Shown here one piece after another: positions 8,028 through 18,266 of a stretch of 20,000 bases of DNA. Under the pieces are notes generated by a model, which did not search any database, was not told the DNA's origin, and saw only the letters and a program-made list of their open reading frames with translations. The position numbers and the translations under genes were made by a program. The stretch comes from Hydrurus foetidus (Eukaryota): assembly GCA_900617105.1 (NCBI GenBank), contig UYFQ01000539.1, forward strand, positions 117,297 through 137,296, given 5' to 3'. The first letter of the stretch is position 1. Each line of letters begins with the position of its first letter.

Positions 8028-10484
8028 CCATCTTGAATGATCCAGTCCGGTTGTGAGTGTTAAGCATCACAATACAGTCTTCGGTGCGAGATTCCATCGT
8101 GTTCTTGGTGTTGGGAAAGGTGCATACGGCATAGTCTCCGAACGCCGCACGAAAGTCCATGGTCCCGTCAACCCTCCGTCCGGAAAAAAGTTCTCGCGGC
8201 GAGAGACCCCCGCGCTGCGATCCTGATTGCTGACAGTTGATACGAGAGACACAGTATAAGGCAAGCATAGTGTTACCCAAGTCAGTCAGCGTAAATGGAA
8301 GTCGTCCGCAGGTGTGTGCTCGAAACTGTTCTTTAACCATTTGGATTCTAGGCTCGATTCTGGTAACATGCCCCCCAGCTGCGCTGATATCAACCTCGAT
8401 CCCAGCAGCCATGAGATTAGGCACGATTTTTCCTATAGCACCTTCCCCGTCGCTCATGATAACTCGGACTGAAAAGTTCCTAGAAGCTAGGGTACGTATC
8501 ATATCATCTAGCGCACCCTTCACCACGGGCGTTGATCGAGAGGGTTTCGAGAAATCTAGTCGTATGAGGCTGCTGGCGAGGGTCAAGTCCAGAGGGCTAG
8601 AAACGCCAAGAAGTTCCGATGTATTATCGATGAAAGCAATGTCCACACTTAAGACTTGCTCCACTTGTGCTAGCGCAGGTGTTAGCGAGACGTCCGACAC
8701 CGGCGTCTTCATTTTATGCGTTTTGCCTTCCAGGCTGGCAAGATATTTCCCCCATATAGAATGAGCCACTCTAAAGTCGTTCTCTGAGACGTTGAAGTTG
8801 CTCCCTTCACAAACCATGGCGATAGCCATCTCTACTGGAGGGTATCCCATCCTTGCAAGCAACTCCCGAGCTCTCGCTGCCGATGCTATCTCGCGTTTCG
8901 TGTACCTCATCATGTTGTCGCTAACTGAGTTGACTAGCACCATTTCTTCTCGATGTTTCGCCGGGACTCTCTTGACCATGGTGTCTACGTTGCACACGTA
9001 CAACCGGCCGTCCGATCCAGTGATAGGTTGTCTACAGAAGCTGTAGATGTTGCTGCTTCCCTTGGGCTGCAAAGTGAACCGTCCAGCTTGTTGCTCGTAC
9101 TGAATTTTGGCACCCCTATCGACCATGGCGGCAAACGACAGGATGTTCGCTGTCGCTCCACGACTGAAATAGACAGGGCCGACTTCCCCAAAGTCTCCCT
9201 CCAGGTCGACTCGAACTGATTTGACGCCGGCCTGAACTCCGTTGAGGAGTATCCCCTGCTTCGACCTCCGGATGTCGGTGAGAAGCCCCTCGTTGCAGAA
9301 GACATTGACTGATGCCTGGTTGTCCAAAGGGACATGGCTCCTTGCGAACAGAACGACCTCATGGGTCTTAACGGAAGCCGCCTCTACGTTCCTGTCGTCG
9401 TCATCTGGTTCTTCTTGAACCTCTGCGACAAGGGCTTGCTCCTCGCTCTTTCGACTCTCACAATCGCGAGCGTAGTGTCCCGCCAATCCGCAGACAAAGC
9501 AAATCACTGACGATGATTTTTTCTTCGTCGTTGCAGTCTTGCCGTTGCCTTTCTTTCCGTGACCTTTTCCTTTCGTAGTCATTGCCAAATCGGTCAAAAA
9601 CGCGGAATGTTGCTCAGCGCCAAGGGGGACTGCTCCGTTCGCGTTCGTTTATGACGATGCAATCCTGTATGCTCCGGCTAAGGTGGAAGGGTAGCTATGC
9701 GGGAGGTTTTGTACAGCATTGTTACGCATCACAGTGAGCATACATGTATACCTGTTCAGGTCAAATTTGCTCAGGAAATCGATTGCCCTAGTCGACTCCT
9801 CCACGGGTTCCATACCAACACGCTTATTGGCTGACACTTGATTGTCAAATCTGGTCTTGAATTCGCCTATAAGCTCTCGATCACCCTGACGAAGGTAGTT
9901 GTACCTGAGCGTCTGCTCGTGAACGTTCACCGCACGCATCAAGTCGTCTTCTCCGTACACGTGCGTGAGGTGACTGCGTTTGATGAACTGCCATAGCCTC
10001 ACACTATCGAGTTGCATCCTTGCGGCCTCGAACCCAGGTTCCTCGCGCTCCTTAGATTGTGAACCAGCCGACATCCTATCCCATATCATTGGAAACAGCT
10101 TTTGCTCGTCGAATTTTTGAGCTTCGACAAGATTTCTCCGTCCCTCGAACGCATTGGCCCTCAGTTTCGCGAGGAATGCGGGTGGATACACCACAGGTAC
10201 GACTGCGGGTACAAGGTCCACCTCTTCGTCTTCAATTTCCGCCTCATCGTCAGTGTCGGCATCATCTGCTCCAGGTGGTGGAGCATTCGGGTTGTAGTCC
10301 ACCTCGAGTGAATACGGTGTGAAGTAGCTCACGTCGGTGTGAAGAAGATGCCTGTCATGCCATACAGCGCGCATGCATCGTTTTGCATTTCTTCCATCCA
10401 TTGCACCGCGTTGTTGCCTCGTCCTATCTTCAGGATGCAAGGCTCTCTTGCAGACTTGAGGACTTCTTGTTTCTTCGGCGGCAT
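8028..10484 (-). pseudogene. Copia A gag-protease-integrase, disrupted
   Basis: Starts MPPKKQEVLKS at 10484, homologous to MPPKRAAEALKS of copia B. There is a 1-nt frameshift near 10338 (FFT/TDVSY), an in-frame TAA at 9649-9651 where copia B has Trp, and then the 524-aa ORF with knuckle, PR and IN, cut by the gypsy LTR. Confidence 0.9.
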
Positions 10485-10584
10485 CTCTATGCGCTGATCA
10501 GTTTAATTATGTTGGGTTTTTCGGCTAATCCGGTGGATATAGCATAGCGACTCCGCGTAACTCGTGACTTGGACCCGAGACTCG

Positions 10585-10845
10585 TGAAACAAGACTGTAT
10601 GTTTAATCAATTGATAATTAGACTTGTGTCGCTGTCTGCACACGACGGCAACACAGTCCTTTACAATCATCAAGATCGAATCACACATCAGTCAATGCAC
10701 AGTATCTTGCAAGGACAAAGTCCGTGAAGACTACACAGCCAACGGGGTCCCGGCCACTACCCCAAGGGTACACGCCGCTGTCCGTCGAGATCCACGCACA
10801 CACACTCACACGACTACTACAGTGCCTTTTCCCGATACTCCAACA
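10585..10845 (-). repeat. Candidate 5' LTR of copia A (inner border uncertain, 10585 or 10596)
   Basis: Begins TGTTGG at 10845 on the minus strand, is non-coding and lies upstream of gag. It shares motifs (GTGTGTGTGCGT, TCCTTGCA, AGGACT, TTTCACGAGTC) with the region upstream of copia B. The partner LTR is outside the window. Confidence 0.5.
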
Positions 10846-10919
10846 ATATTATCGTAGTTTATGACACGGACACAATCAGTGTACTTATGCATTCGTACAG
10901 ACGTACGGATTAATTTGTA

Positions 10920-10937
10920 TGTGTGTGTGTGTGTGTG
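10920..10937. repeat. (TG)9 microsatellite in the copia B LTR-like region
   Basis: Read directly from the sequence. Confidence 0.9.
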
Positions 10938-11202
10938 CGTACATGCGTGACGACGATGAATGGATCCTTGCATCGTCTCTGTACTTCAAGCGTAGTGTAG
11001 GAATGACTTTTGTTGTTGCGTTGAAAGGGATCCGAGGACTTCAGCAGGGATGAAGCAGAGTCAATTAACAAGTGTTTACTGCCATTACAGAACTTATTTC
11101 ACGAGTCCTGACTGAGCGATCTTTAACTGCTGTACAGCGAGAGGCGTACGTGTGAACCAAACCGAAGATCCGTCAACACAATTGACTGCCACAGGCATTT
11201 CA

Positions 11203-12540
11203 ATGCCTCCCAAACGCGCCGCCGAAGCTTTAAAAAGTACAGAGGAGTGTACGCTTCAATACGGCAAACACAACAACATTATCAAATGGAGAGAGCACAT
11301 GCAGACGGTTGTAACCGAACTATACGGGATAGTTGGCATGTTCTTCACCACCAATGTGAGATACGAGCTCCCGAGAGTTTCTTACAGGGATTACCCTGCA
11401 GATTCATCGTCGGAAAGCCCCAGCTCGGAAGACGACGACGAGATAGTCGAGGGTCAACCGGAACAAGCGCCTGACCCAGAGGCCGTAGCGTACGCCGCTG
11501 CGAGGCCTGCTCGCGTCGCCGCTAGACAGGCGAGAAACGAGAGGAGGCCTAAAGCGTCAGAACGCTCGAGAGCGAAATTCAAAGAAGACGACTACATCCA
11601 GAGAAAGAGGGACGTCAAAACTCAGAGAGAGAACGAACGTACGATGTACCCGATGATGTTGAAGCGCATGTCGCTACTATCACAGAGTAGGGTGAGGGAA
11701 GAGGAAGACTACAAGACCACATACGAAACTCTGGATTGCGTTCTGCTATGGACACTCGTAAGGGGAACTCATCTCACACACATGTACGGGGGTGATGAGA
11801 CACTGCAGGAGTACAACCAACACGAACAAGAGAGTAAGTACGGCTCTATGAGGCAAGGTGAGAGAGAGCACATTGTCACTTTCAAGAACAGATTCGATGA
11901 ACAGATGACTGCGTACGCAGCCGTTGGGATCGCCGCATTGACAGAGTCAAAGCGAGCATTGGACTTCCTACGGAAACTCGACACTCGTAGGTACAAGGTC
12001 ATGCTAGACGACATGAAGCACGACGCCCTACGGCGCAAACCAGGGGCATTCCCCACCACACTCGCCCTAGCCTTCCACATTGCGTCAGAGTGGAACGACC
12101 GAGTGCCTGCCTCCACACCCACACCAGCACCGGCGGGTGCGAACACAGCGTACGTGACCGAGGGAGTCCACGTCACAGCCGCCAAGGACCCGGAGAAGAA
12201 AGCGGGGAAAGCCGGAGGGGGCAGCAAGAAATCCCTACCAGACATCGAGTGTTACAAACGTGAAACAATGGGACACTACGCAAGGAACTGCCAGCAGAAA
12301 AAATAGTCGTCATCAGAAAAAGTCCACGTAACGGTGGCAGAGTCAGACGAAGAATACGAAGGGGTGTCGAGCGAATGGGGTAAGTAGCTCTCGTCACTAC
12401 GGATGAGGTATGCTGCATCTCCAGATTCGACGTGCTCTTAGACAACGAGGCCTCGCTGAACATCTTCAATAACGCTGAACTACTTACTGACCTGAGGAAG
12501 TCGGAGTCGACAATTCGAGTGAGCAGGATCCAACAAGGAG
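11203..12540 (+). pseudogene. Copia B gag plus protease fragment
   Basis: ATG at 11203. Gag motifs THLTHMYG, MRQGEREHIVTFKNRFD, RALDFLRKLD, FPTTLALAF. Degenerate knuckle CYKRETMGHYARNC, in-frame TAG at 12304-12306, frameshift near 12383, then the protease start. Confidence 0.85.
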
Positions 12541-12544
12541 CTGA

Positions 12545-15079
12545 ACAGGCAGGCGCACTCTCTCATCTCGCGCAATCTCAGGGACGCAGGTATTCAATTC
12601 GCGGTACCTCTTTACCATCGCACTAACCGTAGCCGCCTTTGCCCTGGATTTTGCAACCTCTGGAGCCTTTGCCACATCGTCCTGCTGAACCACTCTCTTT
12701 GACGACGAACACTTCTTCTGCGACTTCATACGATTGATTGCATCGGCATGTAAAGTCTCACTTGATTGAAGCCACGCCATAGCTGCTACTGTAGCTGAAG
12801 TCGAGACTGCTCGTAGGTCTAGACAGAAGAGTTCATTGATGATAAGGAAATTGTGAGACAAGTACTCATCGTTTCTTATTTATTACCTGTTATCCATGCC
12901 GCATACGATCCATCAATTGCACCATCAGGTACCGCTTTCAGCAGCAGGGCTCCTTGAGCCTCGGTAGTGCGATTGTACAGTAGAATGTGAACTTGTTTCG
13001 CCTCACTCCGTAACGTAAATTACTGGCCGTTCCGTCAAAATCCACATTATGCAGAGGACCTCTTCTCCAGCTGCTATCGTTTTTGAGATCATAGAAGTAC
13101 CTAAGAGAAGTGCGAAGGGAGATAGTTAGAGCAGGAGTTACAAGTGCTAATATGGTGTTGCCGTTTCATACCAATCGTAAAATAGCTCTTGAGCCTTGTG
13201 TCCCTTCCTCATGACATACAGTGTCAACACGTTCGCTGATGCCTGGCATAGGGTAGTGTTGAGTGAGGGAGCTGGGGAAGATGGCTCGCACGCTTCCGCA
13301 GCAGATTGCATTCCATCACTGTTCCTTTCTGGGGGTGAAAACTCCTCCCAAGACCTCTTCGACTGGCGCATCGGTGTTGACTTCTCCTGCAGGGGACCCA
13401 AAGTAGCATCAATTTTGGAATCTTGTGCAAGGATGACAGCTTGTAAAGCGTTGCTACCGTCAACGAGGGTCTTGTTAGAGGCTTCTAGGTCAGACACTTT
13501 TGATAGCAAGTAAGAGACTATGTTACCATTGTCGATAGCATATTTCACTTCCTCCATTCTGTTCTCCCTATTGTATACATCTTTAACTTCTCGACCCCAC
13601 AGCAATAATTGCTGTAGTTGAACGCCACAACTCCTCCCTATAAAATTACGCGGTATAAAATGTCAGCGATTACTATTGTGAGTCATGGTTAATATGACAG
13701 TGTCAATTGAGTACCTGTGCTCAACAGTTCGACAAGAGCTGCGTGTTTTGGGTACTTCACTTGAAATGATTGCAGATGAAGCAATAAAATAGCAAAGAGA
13801 CATTCCGCCAAAGGCCACAGAAAACATTCCACTCTAATTCCAGGAACTGAATCTTTGAAGAGAGCATGCATAAGGTTATTAACCTGTCTTGAATTTGACT
13901 CAGTCTTGAAGACACACCGTGGTAAATGAACCTTGGATCTCGAATTGGGCCAACCCGCCAGAGCTCTTCCCGCAGTAGAGATGGATTGTACACTGCGTAT
14001 CAAATACTCAAATATGTTGCAATAGCTTGCACATTCCCAACCATCGCGCAGAATTCCATGAATCAGCTCGGTTGTTGGATGATTGACTGTAGTTGACATG
14101 AATTAGATTAGGAGTGAATGGAGTGCACGCAAGTGATTCATGAGGGTATGATTGTATGCACCAATTTCGCGGCACCTACTCTCAGGGAAGTGCCGCTGAA
14201 AGATCCATAGGCTTGAACATCTTCGAGTACCTCTTGCAACCACTTTGTGATGGTCGATGTAGCTCCTGCTTTCAGAGTTGCGAGTGAGGGAAAGATCCAC
14301 AAGCTGTCCACTGAACTTGCTTATACCACCTCCGAGAGAAATCGATTTCGAAGGTGTCGAAATCGGGGAAAAAGTTTATCGGGTCTGAATCCCCTATTTT
14401 AAACTCACTCCAATTTAAGATCAGATTCTTCTTGAGATTGCACTTTCTCGCAGAGTCCCATGACGCTGTCGCAACTTCTCCAGATCTGCCAACAGCGCAG
14501 AAAAGCATAACTAAGGTAAAGCTTCTGTGTGTGATCTCTGCTGTACTAGTCTATCAGAAAGAGTTGAATATAAGAGAGATTTACTCTTTGAACCCCTATA
14601 GTCTACGTATCTCACCTTCATTATGACTTTCGTAATCGACGTCAGTAGACTATGATCTACAGCATCTGATTTGTCTCGCACTGATAATCCAAGTTGTATC
14701 TGCCTTCGGTTGACAGCTGCAGCGATAACACTCCTCAACTTCGTGTAACAGATCCGCTCTGTCGCCCAAATTTCATTCTTAGGAAAACGCGCAAAAATGA
14801 TGGGATGGTTGCGTGAATGGAAAGGTGAACGTGGACGTCAGTAGACGTATCTCTCATCAGCGACTTTTCTTTTTTATCCTTTGCAGTCGTTACTGTCTCA
14901 GTGACATATCTGGCGAATATCTGGAAAAGCTCTACTGAACAAACTTCATCCTCGGATATATCAGTGAATTCTGGCTGTTTTCGTAATCTCTGCATGCTGT
15001 TAAATTGATTTAGCGCTACATTTTTTCCGCTGACAGTCGCAGAAGCACTTCCTCCAGTAAGATGCCTAATTTCGCTCAT
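12545..15079 (-). pseudogene. Spliced tyrosine-recombinase gene of a Crypton-like DNA transposon, decayed and 3'-truncated
   Basis: YR motifs occur in order: AVGRSGEV (Arg I), WSEFKIG (Lys), WIFP, SGTSLRVGAA (box II), ILRDGW...NIFEY (Trp/Tyr), then AGRALAGWP. GT-AG introns at 14551-14615, 13638-13714, 13101-13171 and 12819-12886 join exons in frame. One at 14087-14161 needs a 1-nt correction. Frameshifts or deletions lie near 14800, 14340-14320 and 13000. Confidence 0.75.
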
Positions 15080-15199
15080 TGCTGGAAAATATGTCAGATT
15101 GAAGACTGTGATTCTTCAAAGGATTTCGAAATATTTCTGCTTAATAATACTGTACAGTAGATAGCAGGAACAATTCTATATACTGTATACTCTTCGAAA

Positions 15200-15256
15200 G
15201 CTTATTTCCGGATAATTTCCCAGAAACAAGGTTCCGGCCTGCGGCCGGAAATAAGC
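15200..15256. repeat. Short inverted repeat GCTTATTTCCGG / CCGGAAATAAGC with an overlapping hairpin TTCCGGCC-TGC-GGCCGGAA (15232-15250)
   Basis: Perfect 12-bp arms at 15200-15211 and 15245-15256, read directly. Confidence 0.8.
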
Positions 15257-15259
15257 AAG

Positions 15260-15423
15260 TATTGTGCCAGTCATAACTAAACGGGAGAATTTATTTTGCG
15301 GGGAGGTTTTTTCGTGTTTTTGACAGAGGTCAAAATAACTGTTACTTTGATTCTGCGGTCAAAAACACGAATACGCCGCAATTTTTATTTCTGCGGCACC
15401 GTTTAGTTTTGACCGGCACAATA
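15260..15423. repeat. 164-bp imperfect palindrome (fold-back)
   Basis: Outer arms 15260-15284 and 15399-15423 match at 23/25. Inner arms 15311-15324 and 15358-15371 match at 14/14. The centre is near 15340. Confidence 0.9.
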
Positions 15424-15468
15424 TCTACAAATTTTGAATGAGGGACGTGTGAGAAAATTTTATGGGAC

Positions 15469-15685
15469 TGTGACCCGCACACCCGTACGGGCTGTACGGG
15501 TACAGGCGTACGTTCGGATCGGATCGAGGACGATCCGATCCACCCGATTCATTGCCATGATACCTGCTGTGTTTACCTGTAAGCTAACCACATTGTTTCC
15601 ATAGCAATAGCTCTCCCAGCTTCCTTTCCCTTGCTCCCGCTCCCAGCTGTCCCGCTCCCAGTGCCCAGATCCTGGCAAGGCCACA
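15469..15685 (+). repeat. 5' LTR of gypsy-2 (217 bp)
   Basis: Has the same TGTGACCCG start and CCACA end as the gypsy-1 LTR, plus shared internal blocks. The partner LTR is outside the window, so borders rest on homology. Confidence 0.85.
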
Positions 15686-15696
15686 ATACCGGTATT
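15685..15696 (+). other. 12-nt palindrome AATACCGGTATT at the primer-binding-site position of gypsy-2
   Basis: It includes the last LTR base, directly follows the LTR, and is followed by TGGAACCAGCTAGC. Confidence 0.7.
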
Positions 15697-16237
15697 TGGA
15701 ACCAGCTAGCGATCTCTAAGATCCAAGTTGACCAAACGTCCCAACAAAAAATCCCGCAACGACCGTAAAACAGTCTGAGCAACAAGTTGAGTAACTCTCC
15801 AGGAGTGAAAACCACCCAAAACGATATTACAAAGGTCTCGTCAACGCGACAGCCTCTGAATCGTAGTCGTTCGCGACCTCAAATATTGGCGATTTATTCC
15901 CAAAATATCGTGCAGCTCTTCTACGCGAAGGCTTACGAAGGAAAGGAACTTGCAAGCAAGTAACACCTCCCAAACTCGTTCACGAACGAAATCCAACGCG
16001 CCCACGCCCAGCTTCGTACCTTACGAAGCCGCCGCCCACGTCCAAATTTTGTTGCGATTTCCTCCCGAAATCGCACCAAACCATTCCAATCCCCCTGACT
16101 TCTACTACCACATCCTTAACCTACCAGTCCTCACCCTCGAACAACCTACTCCTCTTTTCCCTGAATCACCGCGTCCGAGTCCCGTCGCTGTCCAAGACGC
16201 AGAGTTCCAGTGAGATTTCCCACGCCAAGTTTTCAAG

Positions 16238-18215
16238 ATGGTTAAGGCCCAAAAACCCAAGAAAGAGAGCTCTAGCGAAGCTAGCTCGTCTTCCAAACGC
16301 TCCAAACCCCAAAATATCCTCTTCCTATCGGATAAAGAGAAGGCTAAACTCGAGCGTCTCGCTCGAGAAGACAATATAGCCAACTCCATGAAGACGCTGG
16401 GCAAATCGGCTATCAAAGCCTCGAGCACCCATACGCGCATATCCGATGAATTGGCGGCAAACGAAGCACGCTTCCTGCAGCTACAACAAGAACGTGAACG
16501 CAATCGCGTGCGACTTGAAGTGCTGCAGGAACAGGCTGACAACAGATCTGATCTCGAAGATCAAGAACTAAAAGACTTGTCAGCCTGGATGCAAGAGACA
16601 AATGACTTACACAGTCTAAACCCTCAGTCAGATGAGGATGGCTCTCCAATCCGACCCCAAACCGAAGAAGAAGAGGATATCAATCCTTCTCAAACGGAAG
16701 AGGGCGACGACACAATCGGTACCAAAATATCTCCGAAGGAAATTCTCTCCGACGATGATAACGTCTCGGTGTCTGACAACGTCTCGGAAGAGGCGGAAGA
16801 CGAACAAACCAACGACGAGGACGAAGAGGAAGACAACAACCCCGACGATACCAAGTCCAAATCGGACGAGGAAGATCAAAGTGAGTCGGAGGCGTCAACC
16901 CCACCATCACCAAAACCGAAAAAGAAAAAGGCTATGCCAATCAAACCCCTTGCCAAAACAAGGGAGGCAAAACCCCTCTCTGCCGTCCAAATTGAAGACA
17001 AACCCACGCGTGCCACCAGATCCAAAACGTCGAAAGCAACGGTAGCAGCTGCAAAGAAGTCAGCGACAGCTTCCACGAAAGCGGCTGCCACTTCAAACCG
17101 CAAGCGCAAAACCGAAGAGGCTGACACAGTCTTCGAACAACAACGAACACCCCAAGCACTCACAACCTCCCTCATCAACATGAAGGAAGTGTTCTATGTA
17201 ACACGTGAGACATTACTGAAGGACATGGACGGCACAGCCCGAAAGTTCTATACACAGGCGCACCGCCCTCAGTTTAATGCACCTTGGAAGGATCTCATCG
17301 AAGACGAAGCTGTCCATGTGATCCGAGACAGTCTCCTTCAAAATCGAAAGACTCTCGGATACACAATCAAAATGTGTCAAACCTGGCCCATCATCGACGA
17401 CAAACTCCTGTCCATTCGCGACATGGCCACCGATCTCAAGAAACTCTTCTTCAGTGATCGCGCCACAGAGTCTACCTATGACTTGGACCTTGCCCTGAAA
17501 AACTGGCAAATGAAGATCAAATGGCAAAACCCAAACGTAGAGTTGGCGGCAATTGCACGACTCCGAGACATCCTCTTCGGATACTACGGCAGCTACGACA
17601 ATATCCCTGCAGACCGCCAACATGAGATCTGTAAGATCATCTACAAAAAGCTCCCTCTTGATAATAAGTTCACTGAAAACTTCATGAACATTACAAAGGA
17701 CAAAACAAGAAACAACAAAAAGGATTCCATCCCAAACATGTTGTGCCGAATGAATCTCTGCCTCAGTGAAGCTCGGCAAACAGTTATCAACGCGTCCAAC
17801 ATGGGTGGTCTTCGTTACGACTTCGAGACCAAAATCACCCCGACACATTGTCGTCCAGCAACACAACGCAGCTCTCCGCCTCCTACCGCACGATACCCAA
17901 ACGCGAATCCGACGCCTACCCAGGTTGAGCAAAACAATCGATAATTGCCACACCTGCGGTCGCCAAGGACACAATCGCTACGATTGTCGCAATTTCATGA
18001 ATCCTCATTGCAACAACTCGTATACCACGTGGAGTCAATCCACGTTGGCAACAGAGTTCAGGAGAATTGGCCACGACCATTTCGTCCCAAACGTCCTACT
18101 CAATGGCGAAATGACCAGGACAACCAACAATCCTGGCGCGGCAACATACGTCTACCCAACAGACGACGTCGAAAACGACATGGGTCCCGCCGCAAAAGAC
18201 GACCCTCGCAAGTCC

Positions 18216-18265
<50 letters not shown>

Positions 18266-18266
18266 C
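16238..18266 (+). pseudogene. Gag of gypsy-2 with a +1 frameshift before the zinc knuckle
   Basis: The 568-aa ORF aligns with gypsy-1 Gag (LINMKEVF, WKDLIED, CQTWPII, EICKIIYKKLP). The knuckle CHTCGRQGHNRYDC lies in the next frame (ORF 17766..18413). Confidence 0.8.

Larger units (their letters stand above)
1..10845 (-). mobile_element. Ty1/copia LTR retrotransposon A (decayed, split by the gypsy insertion at 629..8027; RT/RNase H presumably lie left of the window)
   Basis: Domain order on the minus strand is gag, CCHC knuckle (CFVCGLAGHYARDC), protease (LDNQAS), then integrase DDE (SVDIAF / MSDGEG / RIEPRIQMVKE) with no RT before IN, which is the copia order. The reading frame resumes on the far side of the gypsy element. 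Confidence 0.9.
10846..12540 (+). mobile_element. Ty1/copia retrotransposon B, 5' fragment (LTR-like region, gag, start of protease)
   Basis: Gag is homologous to copia A over its length. The protease motif LLDNEASLNIFNNAELLTDLRKS matches PLDNQASVNVFCNEGLLTDIRRS of copia A. Similarity stops abruptly after IQQG near 12540. The left border is not defined. Confidence 0.8.

Noticed and set aside
9649..9651. Stop-codon readthrough or RIP-like hypermutation at the copia A TAA
   Set aside because: It aligns with Trp in copia B in an element that also has a frameshift. I saw no systematic C-to-T pattern, and two of the three gypsy LTR differences are transversions.
15461..15465. TATGG as a possible CryptonS-type terminus
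   Set aside because: It is only 5 bp, lies on the strand opposite the gene, and the other end is deleted. My recollection of this terminus motif cannot be tested here.
17766..17944. Programmed frameshift before the gypsy-2 zinc knuckle
   Set aside because: Gypsy-1 is in frame here and longer, and I recognise no slippery site. A deletion or sequencing error is simpler.
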